64,000 nt of DNA from Bacteroidota bacterium (GCA_021324685.1 JAJPIQ010000008.1:47343-111342); one strand, 5' to 3'. Positions 1 through 10,398 are shown, counted from the first letter of the stretch. Made by a program: numbers and translations. Notes: generated by a model not told the origin, from the letters alone.

Positions 1-303
1 AGGCGGATAGGTAGCGGCTTGCGGTTGTACCGGAGCGGCCGGCGGCGCCGGAGGCGGTTCCTTTGCCGCTTCGAGCTTGGTGTTCGCCGATTCGATTTCG
101 CTTATGGTATCGAAGCGAAATGCCGAGGAAGGCCCGAGAACATCGCGAAGGGATTGTTCCAGAATATCCTGGTAGTGCTCGCCGATCCACTCGCAAAAAA
201 AGCTGCTCGGCGCTCGAAGCGTAATGACGGACCCTTCCAGTTCGACGGCCTCGAGCGGCTCGAACCAGGTTCGCATCGTTTGAGGGCTTAGTTGCGAACG
301 CAT
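1..303 (-). CDS. dnaA: Chromosomal replication initiator DnaA, N-terminal fragment; the gene runs off the left window edge
   Basis: My translation of the reverse complement of 1-303 gives MRSQLSPQTMRTWFEPLEAVELEGSVITLRAPSSFFCEWIGEHYQDILEQSLRDVLG... followed by a Pro/Ala-rich linker. This matches the DnaA domain I pattern (TW..PL......L.L.APN.F...WI...Y). It is absent from the ORF track because it is open at the window edge. Confidence 0.6.
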   Translation of the reverse strand, partial: MRSQLSPQTMRTWFEPLEAVELEGSVITLRAPSSFFCEWIGEHYQDILEQSLRDVLGPSSAFRFDTISEIESANTKLEAAKEPPPAPPAAPVQPQAATYPP

Positions 304-649
304 GGTTTCCAGGCACCGTAGCCAAATGCGGCCCGCCGCATCGCGAAGTTTCGAACGCTCGACCTCCGAGGAGCGCTCGTTTTCGTGCGCCGCGTTCAGG
401 TCTGAATTCGTTCCATTCGACACGAACGCCGGCCCATGGGCCGCGGCATCGTGGGCGGCGTCCGTGGAAGAAAATTCCTCCGACGTTTGAGTGGCGCTAT
501 GTGGAATCGTTTCGGGCACGCGTGTCAATACTCCCGTCCGGAACCGCCCGTCGACACTCGGCCGATCGGATGAAAAAGAGCGATCGTGCACAGGCGATCG
601 GTTCTCAAGATAACGGCTCTCATGACGAGCAAAGGAGTCACGAAGAATT

Positions 650-1054
650 TCTGAAAGTGTGGATGATCGTTCATCCGTCGTGGATAACCGGTTGCTGCCA
701 TCAGTCGTTCGGTTGTCCGGAGAGAACTCGGTTCTCGTCATACATCGTATGAGGAAACACTCGCCGAAGCGAGTCACGTTCGTACAAATAAGTGGCTATA
801 ATGGATTTAATGGAGAATTGGAAAAACGCTTTCACGGAGTTTCTTCTTCTCTCGGAGAGACGGGCGCATACATGTAAACAGGATTCAGCTTTTATCATCA
901 CGGGCGAGGATCACTTATTCACAATCTCTACACATGTGATTGTATCCATCTCATGGCGCAGTATAATACATTGCTCGCTCGAAAGCAAGTATTTTCAGAA
1001 ATAATTTTAAAAAATTTTTTTGTTCGGAAAAAAATGTTGCGTGATAAAAACGCT
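650..1054. other. Candidate oriC / dnaA upstream regulatory region: DnaA-box-like 9-mers plus an AT-rich DNA-unwinding-element-like stretch
   Basis: A 750-bp non-coding gap lies between the anmK stop (1055) and the dnaA start (303). Three 9-mers have 1 mismatch to TTATCCACA/TGTGGATAA: tgtggatga at 658-666, cgtggataa at 679-687, ttattcaca at 915-923. A strongly AT-rich tract at 960-1054 includes aaaaaatttttttgttcggaaaaaaatg. Confidence 0.35.
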
Positions 1055-2200
1055 TCAGAAAATTTTTCCTTTACTCCAAACTCCGAGCGCAATTTGCGAC
1101 CGTGCCCCGGTCGTATGTGGAAGATGAATCGGGATATTTTGAATAAACGCTTGAGCGAAGAACGCGAATGCGATTGCCTCCTTCGCTTTAGAAGGGATAC
1201 CGTATGCATCGGATGAGGCGACGCGTGCCTGGGGCAGGTTTTTTCGAAGGCACTCCATCAAAAAATCATTGTTCGCTCCGCCGCCGCTTACAATAATTTC
1301 GAGATCGATCGCGCGCCTCGTAATCCACGAGAAAGCCGAGGCGATGGTCCTTGCCGAAAGTTCGGCAAGGGTTCGGAGTGCGTCGCGGGGGTCGATCGCT
1401 CCGCTCGCGATCTTTCGCTCGAGCGGAGCGAGAAACCGGTCGGAAAAAAGTTCACGGCCCGTCGATTTGGGCGGAGGCAAACGAAAGTAATCGTTCGAAA
1501 GCAATTCCGAAAGCAGTGGTTCATCGATCGTGCCGCTCCGCGCAATTTCGCCGTTCCGGTCGAACGGCATCTCGAAATATTTCTGGGCGATCGCATCCAT
1601 CAGCATATTGCCGGGACCGGTATCGAACGCGATCACTTCGTCCGACGCCGCATGCTGTGGAAGCCACGTCACGTTCGCAATTCCGCCGATATTGACGATA
1701 AGTCGATCGCTCGAATCGCTTGTGAGGTAGCGATAGTCGAACATCGGAACGAGCGGAGCACCCTGACCGCCCAGGGCAATATCGGCCGAGCGAAAATCGC
1801 TGACAACATCGATCCCTGCGATCGCGGCGAGCGCCGGGCCAGAACCCAGTTGCATCGTAGCAGGAATTCGTCCATAAGGCAAATGGCGAACGGTCTGGCC
1901 ATGAAGACCAATGGCCCGAATTTCTTCCCGTGAAATTTTCGAATGTTCCAGCGCTGCGTTCACCGCCAGGGCATATTCGTTAGCAAGCTCGAAATGCAGC
2001 CGAACCAAATCGTCCATCGGGACCGTCGTGGCCGTTGCAACGTTCAAAATAGCGCGCCGGGTATCGGGCGGCCACTCGGTCGAGTAAAATTCGAGAAGAT
2101 CGACGGTTTTATCTTCGAACCGGCATGCTGCGACATCGATGCCATCGAGGCTCGTGCCCGACATGATCCCAAGATAAATCTCTTTCGGCTCGGAACTCAC
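1055..2200 (-). CDS. anmK: Anhydro-N-acetylmuramic acid kinase
   Basis: 381 aa. N-terminus IYLGIMSGTSLDGIDVA matches the AnmK signature MSGTSLDG; the length fits. Confidence 0.85.
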   Translation of the reverse strand: MSSEPKEIYLGIMSGTSLDGIDVAACRFEDKTVDLLEFYSTEWPPDTRRAILNVATATTVPMDDLVRLHFELANEYALAVNAALEHSKISREEIRAIGLHGQTVRHLPYGRIPATMQLGSGPALAAIAGIDVVSDFRSADIALGGQGAPLVPMFDYRYLTSDSSDRLIVNIGGIANVTWLPQHAASDEVIAFDTGPGNMLMDAIAQKYFEMPFDRNGEIARSGTIDEPLLSELLSNDYFRLPPPKSTGRELFSDRFLAPLERKIASGAIDPRDALRTLAELSARTIASAFSWITRRAIDLEIIVSGGGANNDFLMECLRKNLPQARVASSDAYGIPSKAKEAIAFAFFAQAFIQNIPIHLPHTTGARSQIALGVWSKGKIF

Positions 2201-2203
2201 CCT

Positions 2204-2428
2204 CTATTTCCCTGTCGCAGCCGAAGTATCGACCTGCTCCCTCGTCGAATCTGGAACTAACCCATGCGGAATTTTGCGCTCGGTCACTTTAAGGAGCAGG
2301 AAGAAGATGATACTCATCGCAAGAAAAATGACGATGCGCGAAGCCGTCGAATCGGCGCGCAGCATCGCGGAAAGACCGCGGGCGCGGTCCTTATAATAGC
2401 CAGCAGCAGATCTGCGAAACAGTGCCAC
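2204..2428 (-). CDS. Small hypothetical membrane protein, translationally coupled to anmK
   Basis: 74 aa with a hydrophobic segment IVIFLAMSIIFFLLLKV. Its stop is 3 nt from the anmK start. Could be spurious. Confidence 0.3.
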   Translation of the reverse strand: MALFRRSAAGYYKDRARGLSAMLRADSTASRIVIFLAMSIIFFLLLKVTERKIPHGLVPDSTREQVDTSAATGK

Positions 2429-2431
2429 GCC

Positions 2432-3058
2432 TCAGGAAGGATACTGAATGCTGATTAGTTGCAGGCTCGCGATCTGAGTTCCCGACCCGACAAACTCCTG
2501 CTCCAGGATAAGCCCATGTCCTTCGGCGAAAAAGCGGAGTGTATAATTCTCATCGGGTTGGCCCTCGACATGATATTTAATAGGAAGGACATTCGTATAG
2601 TCCTGTTTGCGCCCCGGGAGGTAATAATCGTCGTACGGGGCGCTCACCACCGTCGCCCGAATGCCATTCGATTCATCCGCGATCCAGGTTGCATTCGGTT
2701 CCAAACGCCCATCGAGGGCCATCAGCGTCGAGGTATCGGTCGCAATGATCCCTGCGACATTTTTATCGATGTCCTGCGAGTAGCCGATATAATAAACCGC
2801 CTCGCCGGTCGCAATATTAACGAGTTTATTGCGCATGTCCGGCGGCTGGCCGATTTCGAGTTCGAGCGAGATCGTATCGTACCGGTTATGCTCGAAGCGA
2901 GCATAGGTATAGATCAGGCCGTTATCCAGCGGATAAAAAAAGGACTGGACCGTCGTGGAAGGCACGGAAGGGGTATTGACCATCGTACATCCGCCGATCG
3001 AGAGCATCGCGATCGACGCAGCGAAGAGCGTGCATCCCATGTGAGATCGCCGGATCAT
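2432..3058 (-). CDS. Hypothetical lipoprotein downstream of the sigma/anti-sigma pair
   Basis: 208 aa. N-terminus MGCTLFAASIAMLSIGGCTM looks like a lipoprotein signal with a lipobox Cys. It overlaps the anti-sigma stop by 1 nt. Confidence 0.55.
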   Translation of the reverse strand: MIRRSHMGCTLFAASIAMLSIGGCTMVNTPSVPSTTVQSFFYPLDNGLIYTYARFEHNRYDTISLELEIGQPPDMRNKLVNIATGEAVYYIGYSQDIDKNVAGIIATDTSTLMALDGRLEPNATWIADESNGIRATVVSAPYDDYYLPGRKQDYTNVLPIKYHVEGQPDENYTLRFFAEGHGLILEQEFVGSGTQIASLQLISIQYPS

Positions 3059-4347
3059 CAGAAATGGAAGAACAGTCCTGCGTCGAGTTCAGTATTGAAG
3101 CTTGGGCTTGCCGCTTCGACCGCATTCGGTATCACGAGCGCACCCGTGCCCGATTTGATCGCAGCTTGCTTTTGGCCGCTCAGGTCATACGTAAACTGCA
3201 GCGCTCGAAGGCCGCAGACAAAACCGACTTCCTGCGAAACATCGTAGTGAAGTCCGATCTCGCCGAACATCATTTTTCCCAAACTGGCAAGGCCATAGCC
3301 CGCGCTGAAGGTAAGGTCCGCCGTCGCAAAGGCCGGCAGGCGAAGTTCTGCAATCGCGGAAATATAGCTCGTTTGCGCATGCGCCGTATCGGCCGAAAGC
3401 ACTTCCTGCGATGGATCGAGCGGGTTACCCGTGCTGGTAAAAAGCGATTTGCGGGTCACGCTGGCCGTACCATAGGCCGCGCCAGCCCACAGAAGGTTCG
3501 AATGTGGAAGGATTTGGAAATAGGTGCCGATCGAGGAATTCGTAATGAGCGGCAGCGAAATATTCGTCGCTACGCTGTTCGGGAATTGTCGCCCGATGCT
3601 CTCGTTGAACCGGAATTCGAAGCGGCTGAGCAGGCTTTCCGATGTTTCGGTCGAACGCTCGGGCCGAATCTTATGAAAGATCGGCGTGATCCCTTTTCCA
3701 TCGCCACCGATCGCCATTGCGATCGGCGCCGTTGCCGGGATCTCCGCAGTCGTGATCCGCGGACGCTCCGAACGGTCCTCCATGGCGGCCACGCCCGGAG
3801 TCAACTGCCGAAGTAAAACAGGAAACGCAAGCGGAGCCCGGTCGAACGAAGTATAGGTCACATATTTTGTGATCGTTTTTGCCGGCTGGGCATTCCCGCG
3901 AAGGACCGTCGTAATGTTCTGGACCGAAACCGGAGACTCGCGGTGCGATGCCGCGATCGCGGGAGCATGGGAATTATTTCCAGCGTTCTTCCCCGCGATA
4001 AATCCGATCCCGAGCCCGGCAACGAGCGTGAACGCGCCGATGGCGGTCGCGGCGCTGCCGAGCGCGCGCGCGAAAAATCCGGAGCGGACCGCGACCGGGG
4101 CCACACGTTCCGCGGGTTCGGCGACCTGGGGAAGGACGGCGTCCAGCCGCGCCCAGAGCCGCTGCTCCGCGGCGTAGGGAACCGAAATCGATTTGCTGTC
4201 GCGCACGAGCAACGCCCGCTGCTCCATAAAATTTCTGAGCAGCGTGCGCTTCTCGGGCGAGACCGAGAGGGTATGCAACAGCTCGGCTTCATCGTCAGCC
4301 GGAAGGGAGCCGTCCAGAAAATCGAGAATACGATCGTTCAACGTCAT
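3058..4347 (-). CDS. Anti-sigma factor: N-terminal anti-sigma domain, one TM helix, and a long C-terminal domain with beta-strand-like periodicity
   Basis: 429 aa. N-terminus MTLNDRILDFLDGSLPADDEAELLHTL is typical of ECF anti-sigma proteins. TM segment AATAIGAFTLVAGLGIGFIAG. C-terminus ends ...DAGLFFHF. Sits immediately downstream of the ECF sigma gene. Confidence 0.65.
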   Translation of the reverse strand: MTLNDRILDFLDGSLPADDEAELLHTLSVSPEKRTLLRNFMEQRALLVRDSKSISVPYAAEQRLWARLDAVLPQVAEPAERVAPVAVRSGFFARALGSAATAIGAFTLVAGLGIGFIAGKNAGNNSHAPAIAASHRESPVSVQNITTVLRGNAQPAKTITKYVTYTSFDRAPLAFPVLLRQLTPGVAAMEDRSERPRITTAEIPATAPIAMAIGGDGKGITPIFHKIRPERSTETSESLLSRFEFRFNESIGRQFPNSVATNISLPLITNSSIGTYFQILPHSNLLWAGAAYGTASVTRKSLFTSTGNPLDPSQEVLSADTAHAQTSYISAIAELRLPAFATADLTFSAGYGLASLGKMMFGEIGLHYDVSQEVGFVCGLRALQFTYDLSGQKQAAIKSGTGALVIPNAVEAASPSFNTELDAGLFFHF

Positions 4348-4356
4348 AAAAACTCC

Positions 4357-5034
4357 TTATAGGCTTTCCTTATAATAGGGCGCTAATAGTTCACGCAGGC
4401 GGCCTTTGGCGCGGTAGATCCGGCTCTTGATCGCCGGAATGGTGGTGTGAAGAATACCGGTGATCTCCGTATAGCTCAGGCCTTCATATTCGCGCAGCAC
4501 GAGCGCCTCGCGATATTCCACCGGTAACTGGGCCATCGCGTGTGCAATGACGGCTTGCCAGTCCTCGCCAAAGTCCTGATCGGGTTCCGAACAGAGCGTA
4601 ACGTTCTCCAGCGCGTCCTGCGGCTTACGATCGCGAATTTTATTCAGGCAAAGATTATGCGCGATCGTGAAGATCCATCCCCCTAAACTTTTTTCTTCTT
4701 CGAAACTTTGCGCGCGCGCATAGACGCGATAAAAAACTTCCTGAAAGAGGTCTTCGGCGTCTTGTTCATTACCGAGCACCCGGAGCGCATAGGCGTAGAC
4801 GCGCTCCCGATAGCGAAGATAGATCTTGGTGAAGGACTCCCGCGCCGCTCGAGCGCCGTCCGGGCCGTTCGAGAGCCCGGCAAGAAATTCCCGAAAGAGG
4901 AGCAGGTCCTCCGCATTTTCCCGTTCGCGATCGCGGCCACCACGGGATTCCCGGCCATTGAGCGGGCCGCCGGCGGGCAATCGGTCGAGTTCGAGAGTCT
5001 CCATCTGATTCAAAGAACACACCGCCCCATGCAA
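4357..5034 (-). CDS. ECF-type RNA polymerase sigma-70 factor
   Basis: 225 aa. Region-2 motif DLFQEVFYRVYARAQSFEEEKSLGGWIFTIAHNLCLNKIRDRK and region-4 motif REALVLREYEGLSYTEITGIL (HTH). Confidence 0.85.
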   Translation of the reverse strand: MHGAVCSLNQMETLELDRLPAGGPLNGRESRGGRDRERENAEDLLLFREFLAGLSNGPDGARAARESFTKIYLRYRERVYAYALRVLGNEQDAEDLFQEVFYRVYARAQSFEEEKSLGGWIFTIAHNLCLNKIRDRKPQDALENVTLCSEPDQDFGEDWQAVIAHAMAQLPVEYREALVLREYEGLSYTEITGILHTTIPAIKSRIYRAKGRLRELLAPYYKESL

Positions 5035-5365
5035 AGTTGCGCGTTTTGGCTCGCCCGTGAGACCTTTTTCTCCCTATTTTGGTCGATATTTTTTATGCAA
5101 GTCGATGCATACGGAGCGCGACGTTATTGCCCGGGTAAATTCTTCGATCTTCAAAATTTGCAGATTTTCGGCAATTTTATAAGCTTCAATTTTGCGGTGG
5201 GATTTAAATTCATGAATCGGCGCATTTTATTCATTAATTTATGCAGCCGAGTTCCCGATTTTTCAAAATTTTACATTATCTCATACGATTTTAAGAACTT
5301 TTTTTCTTCGAAATTCGCCTAAATACAGCGATCCCGTTTCTAATAGACAAAATCTCGTAAATAAC

Positions 5366-5398
5366 CCTTGCTTTTTCAATTTTAAAGCTGTATATTTG
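5366..5398 (+). promoter_or_regulatory. Possible Bacteroidota-type sigma-A promoter (-33 TTG / -7 TAnnTTTG) for the collagen-like gene
   Basis: cttg at 5367-5370 and tatatttg at 5391-5398, with ~20-bp spacing, in the AT-rich 670-bp divergent intergenic region. Weak motif call only. Confidence 0.2.
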
Positions 5399-5701
5399 GA
5401 ATAGAAAGGTGCCCATATGCCTCCAGGGCGCATTGCAGTGTATCTCAGCACACTGCGATCGTGTCTAAAGGCGTGGCACTGTTCCCAGGACTTAGCTTAG
5501 TTTGCCACGGTATATTGAGATACCGGGTCCCGAGGACGGTTCCAGTAAGAGCGAACAAGCGTGATCGTCCGAACGCGACGTACCGCGCAGATCTCTCTCC
5601 GGTTTTTGCGGCTACCTGCCAGATTTGCCATAATAGCTTTGAAGCCTCGTTTGCAGACGCTCCCGGCTATTTTTTGCCATCAAAAACGATATCGTGTCAC
5701 T

Positions 5702-8278
5702 ATGAAACAGTACCATCAAACCCTGCTTTGCGCAGCGGTCATCATCGCAGTGCTGTGCGGGCTTGCGAATGCACCGTTTGCACAATCCTCCACTCCATCG
5801 TCCAGCGTGCCGCGGACGATCTCCTATCAAGGCGTGCTCGAAACGCCGGCCGGCCTTCCGGCCCCCGACGGACCGTGCACGATCCACGTGCGGCTGTATG
5901 CCGATACGAATGGATCGGCACCGCTGTGGAGCGATACCTATACGACGACCGTCCGAAACGGCATCTTCAATGTGATGCTCGGTTCGGGAACCGTTCCACT
6001 TCCGGTGCCCTCCGCGATGGACGCTGCCCGATACGTCAGCATCCAGGTCGGAGAAGGCCCGGAGATCCGTCCGTTCTCGGAACTTGGCGCGACACCCTAT
6101 GCCATCACCGTTGCCGACGGCGCGATCACAAAGGATAAGATCGCGGCCGATTACGTCGGCTCCCTTTCGGTCAACGGCCAGAAAGTAACGGGACATGGCT
6201 CGGACGTAAACATCGAAACAAGCGGTGGACTTCATGCTTCGCTCGATCCCGTAACGAACGCGATCGTGCTTTATGGGACGACGGGCAGCGCCGGAAACGA
6301 TACCAAAGGCGGCGAGCTCCCCCAGGGAAACCAATATATCGACAATCAGACGACACAGCAATCGAGCGCGAGCTTTAATGTCGACGGTTCCGGCGTGATC
6401 GGCACGACCTTATCGGTCGGGTCCACGCTCACAGTGAGCGGTTCGATCAAAGCGGCGCTTGCCTCGGGCGTCGTGCATGCGAACGGTTCGGGCAATGCGC
6501 TGACCTCCGGTGCGGTCGCGCTCGGATCCGAAGTGAGCGGCTCCCTGCCCGTCGTCAATGGCGGCACCGGTGCGACGACCGCGGCGGCGGCAGCCAATAA
6601 CCTGCTCCCCACCCAAACGAGCAGCAGCGGGAAGTTTTTACAAACCGATGGCAATGGCACGCTTTCATGGGCGTCCGTTTCGCTGACGTCGAACGTGACG
6701 GGAACGCTTCCCATCGCGAACGGCGGGACCGGAGCGACCACGGCGACGGCCGCGGCGACCGCGCTATTGCCGGCACAAAGCGGAAATGCCAGCAAGTACC
6801 TTCAGACCGATGGAAATGGAAATTTGACCTGGGCGTCCGGTCCGACCGGACCGCAAGGTCCCGCCGGCCCGACCGGAGCGACTGGTCCTGCGGGCCCCAC
6901 CGGTGCGACCGGCCCCGGTGGTGCCGCCGGTCCTGCCGGCGCAGCGGGTCCTGCTGGAGCAACCGGAGCGACTGGTCCGGCAGGCCCTGCCGGGGCGTCT
7001 GGGCCTCAGGGTCTTCAGGGACCTCCGGGACCGAATACACCTTCGAGCGACAATGCCACGCCGCTTGGCAGTTCGAGCGACCGGTGGAGTGCATTGTATG
7101 TCGCTGGAGCGATCAATACCGGGCTTGCCGCGGGCGTCGTGCATAGTGCAGGTCCGGGATCGAACCTTACGAGTTCCGCCGTCTCGCTTACGAACGATGT
7201 ATCCGGAACGCTTCCGGCCGGCAACGGCGGCACGGGAATGCCAGGATCGGTCGGAACGAATTTCCTGCGCGGAAATAATTCCGGAGGATGGAGCCAGTCG
7301 GTCATCGGCGTTGCCGATGTGCCGGACCTTTCTTCGCTCTATGTCAATATGCGTACGGCGCAGACCGTCGGGGGCATGAAGCACTTTTCGTGCTCGGTCA
7401 CGACCGATTCGGGTTATCGGATCGGGGGGACGATCGTCCTTTCGAATTCCGGTTCGGAAAACCTATTCCTCGGCCAGGGTGCCGGCGTTGGAAATACGAA
7501 CGGCTTCAATAATATGTTCGCCGGTTACCAGGCGGGATATTCGAACACGACCGGTGAGAGCAACGAATTCGCCGGCATGTTCGCCGGATATGGCAACACG
7601 ACGGGCTCTGCGAATACCTTCGAGGGAGCGCTTGCCGGTTACAGCAGCACGAGCGGCGACGTCAATACCTTTATCGGTTCCGAGGCCGGATATAGTAACG
7701 ACGATGGATATCAAAATACGTTCATCGGCGATCTTGCCGGGCCGAACAATACGTCGGGCGCGAACAACACGGCGCTCGGGATGGAGGCGGGCTATAGCAT
7801 TACGGGCGAAGATAACATCACGCTCTTGGGCGCGGGGTCCGACATTGGGAACTACGGCATTACGAACGCAACGGCCGTGGGCGCGAACACTATCGTGAGC
7901 CAGAGTAATACCGTCGTCTTAGGTAGCGGGGCCAGCGTCGGCATCGGGACGAGCGCTCCGGACGCCACGCTGAACGTCGTGGGAACCGTCCATGCAACGG
8001 GCACGGCCACCTTCGACGGTTCCGTGATCGCGACGGCCAGCAACACGGCCGCTTCTTCGAACAGCGGCGTAACGATCACGGACGTACCCGTCTTTATCAT
8101 CGGCCAGGGTTCGGCCACGGCGGATTTTACGCTCACCATGCCGACCGGTTCGGCGGCCGGCGATATGATCGTCGTGATCAACCAGGACGCGACCTATTCG
8201 GCGACCTATAGCACGACGGCAAAAGTGGCACCGCTCGGTTCCCGCACGTTCTATTACGACGGCACGGCCTGGCAGTAG
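5702..8278 (+). CDS. Large secreted fibrous surface protein with tail-fibre-like NGGTG repeats, a collagen-like Gly-X-Y tract and YadA/tail-fibre-like 14-aa repeats
   Basis: ORF-track frame 5561..8278; the likely start is the ATG at 5702, giving signal peptide [29 protein letters not shown]. Two ~46-aa repeats carry LP(V/I)(V/A)NGGTGATTA...YLQTDGNG. There are 22 uninterrupted Gly-X-Y triplets (nt ~6838-7035). Later repeats look like N.F.G..AG.SNT.G ([30 protein letters not shown]...). Confidence 0.8.
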   Translation: MKQYHQTLLCAAVIIAVLCGLANAPFAQSSTPSSSVPRTISYQGVLETPAGLPAPDGPCTIHVRLYADTNGSAPLWSDTYTTTVRNGIFNVMLGSGTVPLPVPSAMDAARYVSIQVGEGPEIRPFSELGATPYAITVADGAITKDKIAADYVGSLSVNGQKVTGHGSDVNIETSGGLHASLDPVTNAIVLYGTTGSAGNDTKGGELPQGNQYIDNQTTQQSSASFNVDGSGVIGTTLSVGSTLTVSGSIKAALASGVVHANGSGNALTSGAVALGSEVSGSLPVVNGGTGATTAAAAANNLLPTQTSSSGKFLQTDGNGTLSWASVSLTSNVTGTLPIANGGTGATTATAAATALLPAQSGNASKYLQTDGNGNLTWASGPTGPQGPAGPTGATGPAGPTGATGPGGAAGPAGAAGPAGATGATGPAGPAGASGPQGLQGPPGPNTPSSDNATPLGSSSDRWSALYVAGAINTGLAAGVVHSAGPGSNLTSSAVSLTNDVSGTLPAGNGGTGMPGSVGTNFLRGNNSGGWSQSVIGVADVPDLSSLYVNMRTAQTVGGMKHFSCSVTTDSGYRIGGTIVLSNSGSENLFLGQGAGVGNTNGFNNMFAGYQAGYSNTTGESNEFAGMFAGYGNTTGSANTFEGALAGYSSTSGDVNTFIGSEAGYSNDDGYQNTFIGDLAGPNNTSGANNTALGMEAGYSITGEDNITLLGAGSDIGNYGITNATAVGANTIVSQSNTVVLGSGASVGIGTSAPDATLNVVGTVHATGTATFDGSVIATASNTAASSNSGVTITDVPVFIIGQGSATADFTLTMPTGSAAGDMIVVINQDATYSATYSTTAKVAPLGSRTFYYDGTAWQ

Positions 8279-8376
8279 TCCATCGCATTTTTTTATCACA
8301 TCTCGTGAGGGAGTTCAACCTGGCGCGAGTTCGAATATCGAACTCGCGCCAGGTTTTTAAAGCATGTTTTTAAGAA

Positions 8377-8715
8377 TTACGGGACCGCCGTAAACGTGTC
8401 GTTCGCGGTGCATAAGGTAATATTCGTCGAGGAATCGCGTAGCTCGACCGAGAAAAAATGCGCGCCAATGGATTGGAAGCTGTGCTGAACGTCCGAACGC
8501 CGGTATTTTGAGATCGTCGCGTCTTCGAACGTCCAGACAAAAAGAAGCGCCGCGGCCGTATCGGAAAAATTCGGGCGAGCCGTAAAATCATAGACCGTAT
8601 TGATGGACCCCGTCTTCGGTCCAGAGATCGCGACCTCGTTCGAAAATGCCGCGGAAGAGGTAGAGTTCTTACACGCGGCGAACGCCACACACACGAGCAA
8701 AGGAAGCAGCTTCAT
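8377..8715 (-). CDS. Hypothetical small lipoprotein
   Basis: Internal start MKLLPLLVCVAFAACKNS (lipobox) within ORF 8377..8796. Confidence 0.5.
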   Translation of the reverse strand: MKLLPLLVCVAFAACKNSTSSAAFSNEVAISGPKTGSINTVYDFTARPNFSDTAAALLFVWTFEDATISKYRRSDVQHSFQSIGAHFFSVELRDSSTNITLCTANDTFTAVP

Positions 8716-8805
8716 GGAATACACCTTTGAACATCGCCGGTCGCATTTTGTTGCGTCTCGATCGGTTCCGTTGTAACTTTGCGCGTCCAAACGCATTCTA
8801 TTCCC

Positions 8806-9423
8806 ATGAAACTACGCAACCTGCCCGTTCTCCTTTCGCTTGCCGTTCTCGCAGCCTGCTCGCCTTCGACCGCCCCAAACACGAGCGAAGACTTCACCGA
8901 CGCCAGCGCCCAATTCAGCGATAACGTCTCAGAGACTTATGCGATCGCCACGATCTCGAACCCGCCCGGGTTCGACCTTAAGTGGAAGGACCCGAACGGA
9001 ATTATTCGTTCCCTCGCTGGATGGCACGATACGACCGTCGTAGTAACGTTTTTTCGGACCGCCGACAAAGGGAGCGATACGCTGTTGCATGTGTTCGATT
9101 CGGTCGCCAACGATCTGCCGGACAGCGTGAAAATCCTTATGATCGATGACGATAACACTCCTTTGCGGTTCGGGACGGCGAACGCATTTGTCTCGGGACA
9201 AAAGTCGAAATCGGAAGTGCTGGTCGATTCCGGTTACCGCGCGCATTTCCGGTTTGCGGGGTTGCTGGATGGCCAGCTTTATTATACCGAAACGTTTATC
9301 GTGCGCCCCAATGGGAATGTGGTCACGGGCACGAATGGCAATGGCGTGATCGTGGGCTGGAATCCGGAATATGAAGCGCCGCATCTGTTCTTCGATAGCG
9401 TGGTCCGCGCGGCGTATCGCTGA
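8806..9423 (+). CDS. Hypothetical lipoprotein
   Basis: MKLRNLPVLLSLAVLAACSPS signal/lipobox; ~205 aa. Divergent from 8377..8715. Confidence 0.55.
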   Translation: MKLRNLPVLLSLAVLAACSPSTAPNTSEDFTDASAQFSDNVSETYAIATISNPPGFDLKWKDPNGIIRSLAGWHDTTVVVTFFRTADKGSDTLLHVFDSVANDLPDSVKILMIDDDNTPLRFGTANAFVSGQKSKSEVLVDSGYRAHFRFAGLLDGQLYYTETFIVRPNGNVVTGTNGNGVIVGWNPEYEAPHLFFDSVVRAAYR

Positions 9424-9427
9424 GCGC

Positions 9428-9691
9428 TCACCACTCCCGCCGGTGACGAAGTTCCCATAAGTGTTTTAAGAGCGACGCGCGGCTCGCTTTGGCCGCCTGG
9501 TGGACCTGGGCGTGCAGGCGCAGCCTTCCGAATGCGGCCAGGGCACAACAGGCAGCCGCCAGGATCAGGACGACGTAGCCCGCCCAATGAAAGGCTCCCC
9601 GAAAAAGATGGGCCGCATAAAAAGCGATGAACATCACGAGCAGCAGGAGCCCGATCGTGTTCAGAACGCGAATGGTTCGGCGGGACATCAT
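9428..9691 (-). CDS. Small hypothetical membrane protein with two predicted TM helices
   Basis: 87 aa. Hydrophobic stretches [16 protein letters not shown] and [16 protein letters not shown]. Overlaps the yidD stop by 4 nt. Confidence 0.45.
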   Translation of the reverse strand: MMSRRTIRVLNTIGLLLLVMFIAFYAAHLFRGAFHWAGYVVLILAAACCALAAFGRLRLHAQVHQAAKASRASLLKHLWELRHRREW

Positions 9692-9897
9692 GGGACGGGG
9701 TCGTAGCCTCCTTTATGCAGGGGATGGCACCGCGCAATCCGTTTCATTCCCATCCAGCTACCCGTGAATACCCCATATTTTTGGATCGCCTCTGCCGTGT
9801 AGGCCGAGCAGGTCGGCGTGTAACGGCAATTGCCCGGAACGTAGGGTGAAATCACGCGCTGGTAAATACGGATCAAAAAAATGGCTGCCTGCCGCAC
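9688..9897 (-). CDS. yidD: Membrane protein insertion efficiency factor YidD
   Basis: 69 aa. [32 protein letters not shown]...[14 protein letters not shown] is the classic YidD sequence. Located downstream of rnpA. Confidence 0.85.
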   Translation of the reverse strand: MRQAAIFLIRIYQRVISPYVPGNCRYTPTCSAYTAEAIQKYGVFTGSWMGMKRIARCHPLHKGGYDPVP

Positions 9898-9984
9898 GCA
9901 GCGATAAGGCGAAGGTAGCGTGTCGGGTTCCGTTTACTTAAGAAGCCCCCGTAAGAACAAATGGGGAGCCCACAAGAACAAATT

Positions 9985-10398
9985 CTACTTCTGAGAGACC
10001 GCGTTCTCTAAGGCGCGAGCAGTTTCCTGAACGTCATTCAGAATAAGCTCCCATTTGAGTTCGCGGACCGCGAGCGACACACGCATCATAATAACGATCT
10101 GTTCGTTTCGCGCGCGGGCGGACTCTTCGATCCCGGAAAACGATCCGGTCTCGGCGATCGCGGCGCGAAGCCAGCGGCGGATCTTATTACGTTCGTGCGC
10201 CGCCTTATGCGTTTTCTTCGAGACGAGAAGAAGAAAGCGGAGCGGGACTTCGCTCTCCGGGAGCGGCCGTTTAGCCCACGCGGCTTCCACGGCTGTGACG
10301 GATGCCCGTCGAAGCCATCTTCGGTTTTTAAAAAACCATTCGAGGGTTATACGGCCGTTTAAAGAATGGCGACGATCGATCGTGACGCGAGCTCTCAT
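9985..10398 (-). CDS. rnpA: Ribonuclease P protein component
   Basis: Internal start MRARVTIDRR... within ORF 9985..10554. Motif KKTHKAAHERNKIRRWLRAAIAE matches the RnpA basic RNR motif. The longer ORF start would overlap rpmH and is rejected. Confidence 0.7.
   Translation of the reverse strand: MRARVTIDRRHSLNGRITLEWFFKNRRWLRRASVTAVEAAWAKRPLPESEVPLRFLLLVSKKTHKAAHERNKIRRWLRAAIAETGSFSGIEESARARNEQIVIMMRVSLAVRELKWELILNDVQETARALENAVSQK

Noticed and set aside
6346-7384. Cluster of minus- and plus-strand ORFs inside the collagen-like gene (6346..6795, 6555..7094, 6764..7384, 6667..7146, 6903..7379)
   Set aside because: These are artefacts of the GC-rich Gly-X-Y and Gly/Ala/Thr repeat DNA being open in all frames. 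Only the signal-peptide-bearing plus frame makes a coherent protein.
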